From Promethearchaeota archaeon (GTDB lineage Archaea > Asgardarchaeota > Hermodarchaeia > Hermodarchaeales > Hermodarchaeaceae): DNA of 64,000 bases. The position numbers and the translations under genes were made by a program. The notes beneath the pieces are model-generated. The model did no database searches and was not told the DNA's origin. It saw nothing but the letters and a program-made list of their open reading frames with translations. The stretch lies in NCBI GenBank assembly GCA_048938385.1, contig JBHLMG010000008.1, positions 36,084 through 100,083 of the forward strand, in the 5' to 3' direction. Shown here in pieces: positions 59,969 through 64,000 of this stretch; the first letter of the stretch is position 1, and every line of letters begins with the position of its first letter.

Positions 59969-61903
59969 TCACTCAGAGTTGCGGATGGCTTCCAACGATT
60001 CTGGGTTTTCCACCGAAGATAAATCACCAGGTGTCTCTCCTAAATAGATCATTTTGATGAGTCTGCGAAGGATTTTTCCCGAACGAGTCTTTGGTAGTGC
60101 CGAAACGAAGCGAACATCTTGGGGAATGAAAGGTTTCCCCATCGTGGTGCTTACATATTCCTTTAGTTCGGTTCTTAGTCTTTCAGAGGGTTTAATGCTG
60201 GACTTCAAGACGACATGAACTACGATTGCTGATCCTTTAAGTGAATGTGGGATACCGATGGAGGCTACCTCTGAAACCAAGGGATGACTGATGAGTGCTG
60301 TCTCCACTTCTGCAGGTCCAACTCGTTTTCCTGCCACCTTGATAACATCGTCTGCACGCCCTAAAAGAAACCAGAATCCATCCTCGTCGATGAGGGCTAA
60401 GTCTCCATGCCACCAGACGCCCGGAAAAGTTGACCAGTATGTTTCAATATACCTTTCTGGGTCATTCCAAAATCCCCGGGTCATAGATGGTGCTGGTTTT
60501 CGGCATATAAGCGTTCCAATTGCTCCTTGAATGCTTGTTCCTGAATCATCTATTACATCAATTGCCATGCCCAATCCTGGGCCACGGAGTGTTCGTGGCT
60601 TTAGTTCAGTAATTGGCAATGGGCTTAGGAAGCACCCAAAGATCTCAGTCCCCCCTGAGATGTTAATTATGGGGATCTTACCCTGCCCAATTTTTTCGAA
60701 ATACCACATCCAGCTTGTGTTATCCCAAGGTTCGCCTGTAGAACCTAGAATGCGCAAAGAAGAGAGATCATGATTTTCCACCCATTGATCGCCTTTTCGC
60801 ATCAAATGTCGTACCGCTGTCGGAGACAGTCCAAAAATAGAGACGGCGTGTTTGTCAATAATGGACCACAATTGATCAGGTGCAGGATGATCAACTGCAC
60901 CTTCGTAGATAAGGTGGGTTGCGCCTTGATGTTGGGCGCCGATAACTTGCCACGGCCCCATCATCCATCCTAGATCCGTCACCCAAAAGAGCAGATCATT
61001 TGGTTTAACATCGATGTAATAAGCGACTTCTTTTGCTGCTTGTACTAGAGAACCAGCATGGGTGTGGATGGTGCCTTTAGGTTTTCCTGTGGTCCCTGAG
61101 CTGTATAGGACCATGGCAACATCTTCTGAGTTCATTGGTGTCGTTGGGCTATTTGTGTCTTGGTTTTTGAGCAGCTCTTCCCAGGTGATATCTCGTTGAG
61201 TTGTCCAGGGCATTTCTGTGCCCATCCGATTTACAACAATCACATTCTGGATGCACGCAAGTCCTTCTACACTTTTATCAGCCACTTTTTTGAGTTGAAT
61301 GATCTGCCCTCGTCGAACAGAAGCATCGGCAGTAAAGAGGACCTTAGCACCGACATCTTGGAGACGCATTCGTATTGCATCAAATCCGAACCCAGAGAAA
61401 ATGGGGACTGCAATTGCCCCTATCTTGAAAATCGCCAGAAGGGCTATGATGGTTTCAGGAATCATGGGCATCACAATGCCCATCGGATCGCCCTTACCAA
61501 ACCCTCGATTTCGTAAAGAGTTAGCAAGGCGACAAACCTGTTTATTTAGCTCCCGATATGTTAGTGTTTGTTCTTCACCGGTTTCACTAATCCACAGTAG
61601 AGCTGGTTTTTCAGAAACCTCATCCCGACAATGGCGGTCAAGGATATTATGAACGATGTTGAGTTGTCCATCAGTGAACCACTTTGTCCACTCGATACCA
61701 TTTGAACTATCAAGGACCTTAGTATACGATTTATACCACTCTATACCAAGATCTTCCAACGCGGCACTCCAGAACCATTCAATATCATCAATACTCCGCT
61801 GAACTAGCTCCGTATATGAACGAATTTCATGCTTCTTCATGAATTGATAGATGTTACTCTCTTCGATGTATTTCTTTGAAGGCTTCCAGGCAATTTGTTC
61901 CAT
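59969..61903 (-). CDS. AMP-forming acyl-CoA synthetase (acetyl/acetoacetyl-CoA synthetase-like)
   Basis: [48 protein letters not shown]; GGAGG upstream of ATG 61903. Confidence 0.92.
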   Translation of the reverse strand: MEQIAWKPSKKYIEESNIYQFMKKHEIRSYTELVQRSIDDIEWFWSAALEDLGIEWYKSYTKVLDSSNGIEWTKWFTDGQLNIVHNILDRHCRDEVSEKPALLWISETGEEQTLTYRELNKQVCRLANSLRNRGFGKGDPMGIVMPMIPETIIALLAIFKIGAIAVPIFSGFGFDAIRMRLQDVGAKVLFTADASVRRGQIIQLKKVADKSVEGLACIQNVIVVNRMGTEMPWTTQRDITWEELLKNQDTNSPTTPMNSEDVAMVLYSSGTTGKPKGTIHTHAGSLVQAAKEVAYYIDVKPNDLLFWVTDLGWMMGPWQVIGAQHQGATHLIYEGAVDHPAPDQLWSIIDKHAVSIFGLSPTAVRHLMRKGDQWVENHDLSSLRILGSTGEPWDNTSWMWYFEKIGQGKIPIINISGGTEIFGCFLSPLPITELKPRTLRGPGLGMAIDVIDDSGTSIQGAIGTLICRKPAPSMTRGFWNDPERYIETYWSTFPGVWWHGDLALIDEDGFWFLLGRADDVIKVAGKRVGPAEVETALISHPLVSEVASIGIPHSLKGSAIVVHVVLKSSIKPSERLRTELKEYVSTTMGKPFIPQDVRFVSALPKTRSGKILRRLIKMIYLGETPGDLSSVENPESLEAIRNSE

Positions 61904-62293
61904 GTTTAGCCTCCTTGGAATCATACTTGAACTTGTAAGGTCTATATGAAGCATTGTTGCAATATAAATGAAATAGAAAAACGACTGACCAACTTGAATA
62001 GATAAGCTACGAGTTGGGCTTTCCTAGAAACGCTTTATGAAATAGTCTAATCGGAACGAAAAGCTACGACATCTAATTAGGTAGAATGTAAGGCATAGGG
62101 TTCCCATTCAATGAGGATAACAATTAACAGGCTCTCTAAGCCATTATGTGGTGTTCTTACAACACTCCTTTTATTAGGCGTTTTTCTACATGACTTATTA
62201 GCAAACCCTGTGCTTATTGTGAATTCTGAACCACCGTTCACTCTTACAAATTTAATTTAAAGAACCTCTGTCTAACTATAAGGGTGTTAATGG

Positions 62294-63073
62294 ATGGTTG
62301 GGTACATGGCCGTTGAGGATTTGCTGCTTTTAGATCACTTTCTTTATTCCTTCAATACTCCCGTTTTCAACAGGCTCAAAACGCTTAGCGATCTTATCAA
62401 AAATTGTGAGTATTCGATAATAACACGGCCTGATACCAGTTATGAAGGCGTCTACCTGTTCGCTCAGGACGGTAGCTACTTGGAAATGTACAAGAATCCT
62501 GTTCAGACTCCGAACATTTTTGCCCTCGCTTTTAGTTCCTTGTCATCCGATCAAGAAACCGTTGGAGAACTCCCAACACGCTTCCCTACTTTACAATGGG
62601 CTTCTGAACAAATTTTGGATGCAGAGAACAAGCCATGGTACACTTATTTCGGACAAGCTCCGATAGCAGCCACTCGTCAACAAGGCATCGTGCTCTGGGC
62701 AATGCAATACCACAATCTCCGACGACATCGATCATACCAGTATCATAAAAAAACACCATCCAGGAAGAAATTCACCGTTCAAGAATTCACCGCAACCAGA
62801 TTCAAAATACCACCAAGATACCTTGAAATAGTTCGGACTCAATCACAATGGATACCCGGAAACCATAACATCACCGACTCTAAAGCCGTATTACGCGTTC
62901 TGAACCCTTCTTTAAATGTGTTCGAAGCTATCATGGAAGTTGATAAGGACAAAGCCGAGAGTAAACCAGTAAGTGTCACTATGCAACTTGTTGAAGGGGC
63001 ACAAATCACCTCAAAACACATCAAAGGCATTCGTTTAACACGACAACAGAACACGCTCATCATCAACTTCTAA
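62294..63073 (+). CDS. Hypothetical protein, possibly glyoxalase/VOC-like fold
   Basis: LDHF, YEGVYL....SYLEM, ALAFSS pattern; open 259-codon frame. Confidence 0.55.
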   Translation: MVGYMAVEDLLLLDHFLYSFNTPVFNRLKTLSDLIKNCEYSIITRPDTSYEGVYLFAQDGSYLEMYKNPVQTPNIFALAFSSLSSDQETVGELPTRFPTLQWASEQILDAENKPWYTYFGQAPIAATRQQGIVLWAMQYHNLRRHRSYQYHKKTPSRKKFTVQEFTATRFKIPPRYLEIVRTQSQWIPGNHNITDSKAVLRVLNPSLNVFEAIMEVDKDKAESKPVSVTMQLVEGAQITSKHIKGIRLTRQQNTLIINF

Positions 63074-63232
63074 TATGGAAATATACTCACATTCCAAAAG
63101 TCAAAGAAATTTGCAAAAAATCTGGATTCCAATACCAAATAACTATTGCATCTGCAAGTGGAATAATCACTTATAGTTATATTCTAAAGGCTCTATTAGG
63201 AAATATGAGAATACCTCACTTCAAGAAAAGAT

Positions 63233-63534
63233 ATGATAATATAAATTGAAATCCACGATTTAACCAAGCAGTTTGGTGATATTATGGCCGTTAACCATGT
63301 TAGCTTGGAAGTCCAAAAGGGAGAAATCTTTGGCTTTTTAGGTTCGAATGCTGCAGGAAAATCTACGAAAGTACAGAGGGAAGACGGACACATCGCCTTT
63401 GGGGTAGAGGAAGCCTACCGCACCAATCCCCCTATCAATCGTTCACTCATTGAAGCTAGTCTGCATATCGTGGAGCTCCGTGAATGTATGCTCAGTCTCG
63501 AAGATATCTACTGAATGTCATCGGAGGTCGATGA
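63233..63534 (+). pseudogene. Decayed ABC-2 type ATP-binding gene (early stop, large internal deletion, frameshift)
   Basis: MII*IEIHDLTKQFG..AV..VSLEV..GEIFGFLGSNAAGKST joins directly to the C-terminal ELRE..LSLEDIY; no signature motif or Walker B. Confidence 0.85.
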
Positions 63535-64000
63535 ATGTATGCTGAAAAAAAGCGTGGGTAATGGCTCGTACTGAAATCCGTATGGTCTTCAAAAGTCGCC
63601 AAGTTAAATCCATCCCTGTGATGGTTATCATATTCTCTGTCTTGTTTTCTGTGTTTATGGCGTGGTTTATCATTGCCATGCCTGCACTCCCGGATCCTTT
63701 CCTCTACCGTTTAATGATGGCCTCCACAATGGGTCTGGTCGTCGTCATGATGCCGGTGATATTACCCGTAATGATTGCTGCTGATTCCATTGTAGGTGAG
63801 AAAGAGCGCCACACCCTAGTCCCCTTACTGGCTACGCCGCTTACCGATTCAGAGCTGTTACTTGGCAAGTGCCTTACCGCCATTGTGCCGGGTTTGGTAG
63901 TCGCTTATGCTAACTTCGTCTTAGCCATTGGCATAATGAACGGGATGTTCCTCTTTATGGCACCCTTCTTGCTGTGGGTGTGGCCCACCCTACTGGATGT
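63531..64000 (+). pseudogene. ABC-2 type permease with an in-frame TGA at codon 5 (could restart at ATG 63561); runs off the window
   Basis: MNVC*KKAWVMARTEIRM...AADSIVGEKERHTLVPLLATPLTDSELLLGK. Confidence 0.75.

Noticed and set aside
63543-63545. In-frame TGA as possible selenocysteine
   Set aside because: Non-catalytic position in a permease, next to a clearly decayed ATPase gene; no SECIS recognised.
1-64000. tRNA, rRNA, IS elements, integrases
   Set aside because: None recognised by eye; tRNAscan-SE, Infernal and ISEScan runs would be needed to exclude them.

Overview
Archaeal genomic window that looks like an Asgard (Promethearchaeota-type) lineage. This is inferred from two Rab-like small GTPases, a longin-like protein, an Asgard-style multi-PAS histidine kinase, PolB2 and IPGF-type C-terminal sorting signals. 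I found about 48 protein-coding loci and no rRNA, tRNA, CRISPR array or transposase. Main blocks: (1) a signalling cluster at 30.6-39.8 kb with a stand-alone receiver, a GvpD/KaiC double-domain ATPase, a Rab-like GTPase, three single-domain KaiC-like ATPases, a small membrane protein, an archaeosortase and a 6-PAS histidine kinase; (2) a tusA-dsrE-iscS-iscU operon whose IscS has Asp instead of the PLP-binding Lys (Archaeoglobus-type); (3) a 14 kb cluster of large cell-surface proteins, including a coupled pair of a TSP3-like Ca-binding repeat protein and an FG-GAP propeller protein; (4) polB2 and its usual small partner gene, 6.5 kb apart but with similar promoter elements; (5) housekeeping metabolism and transport genes. 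I also read from the DNA several frameshifted or decayed genes, probable CTG/ATT start codons and tandem operators for the XRE and PadR regulators. All family assignments come from motif recognition; no database searches were run.
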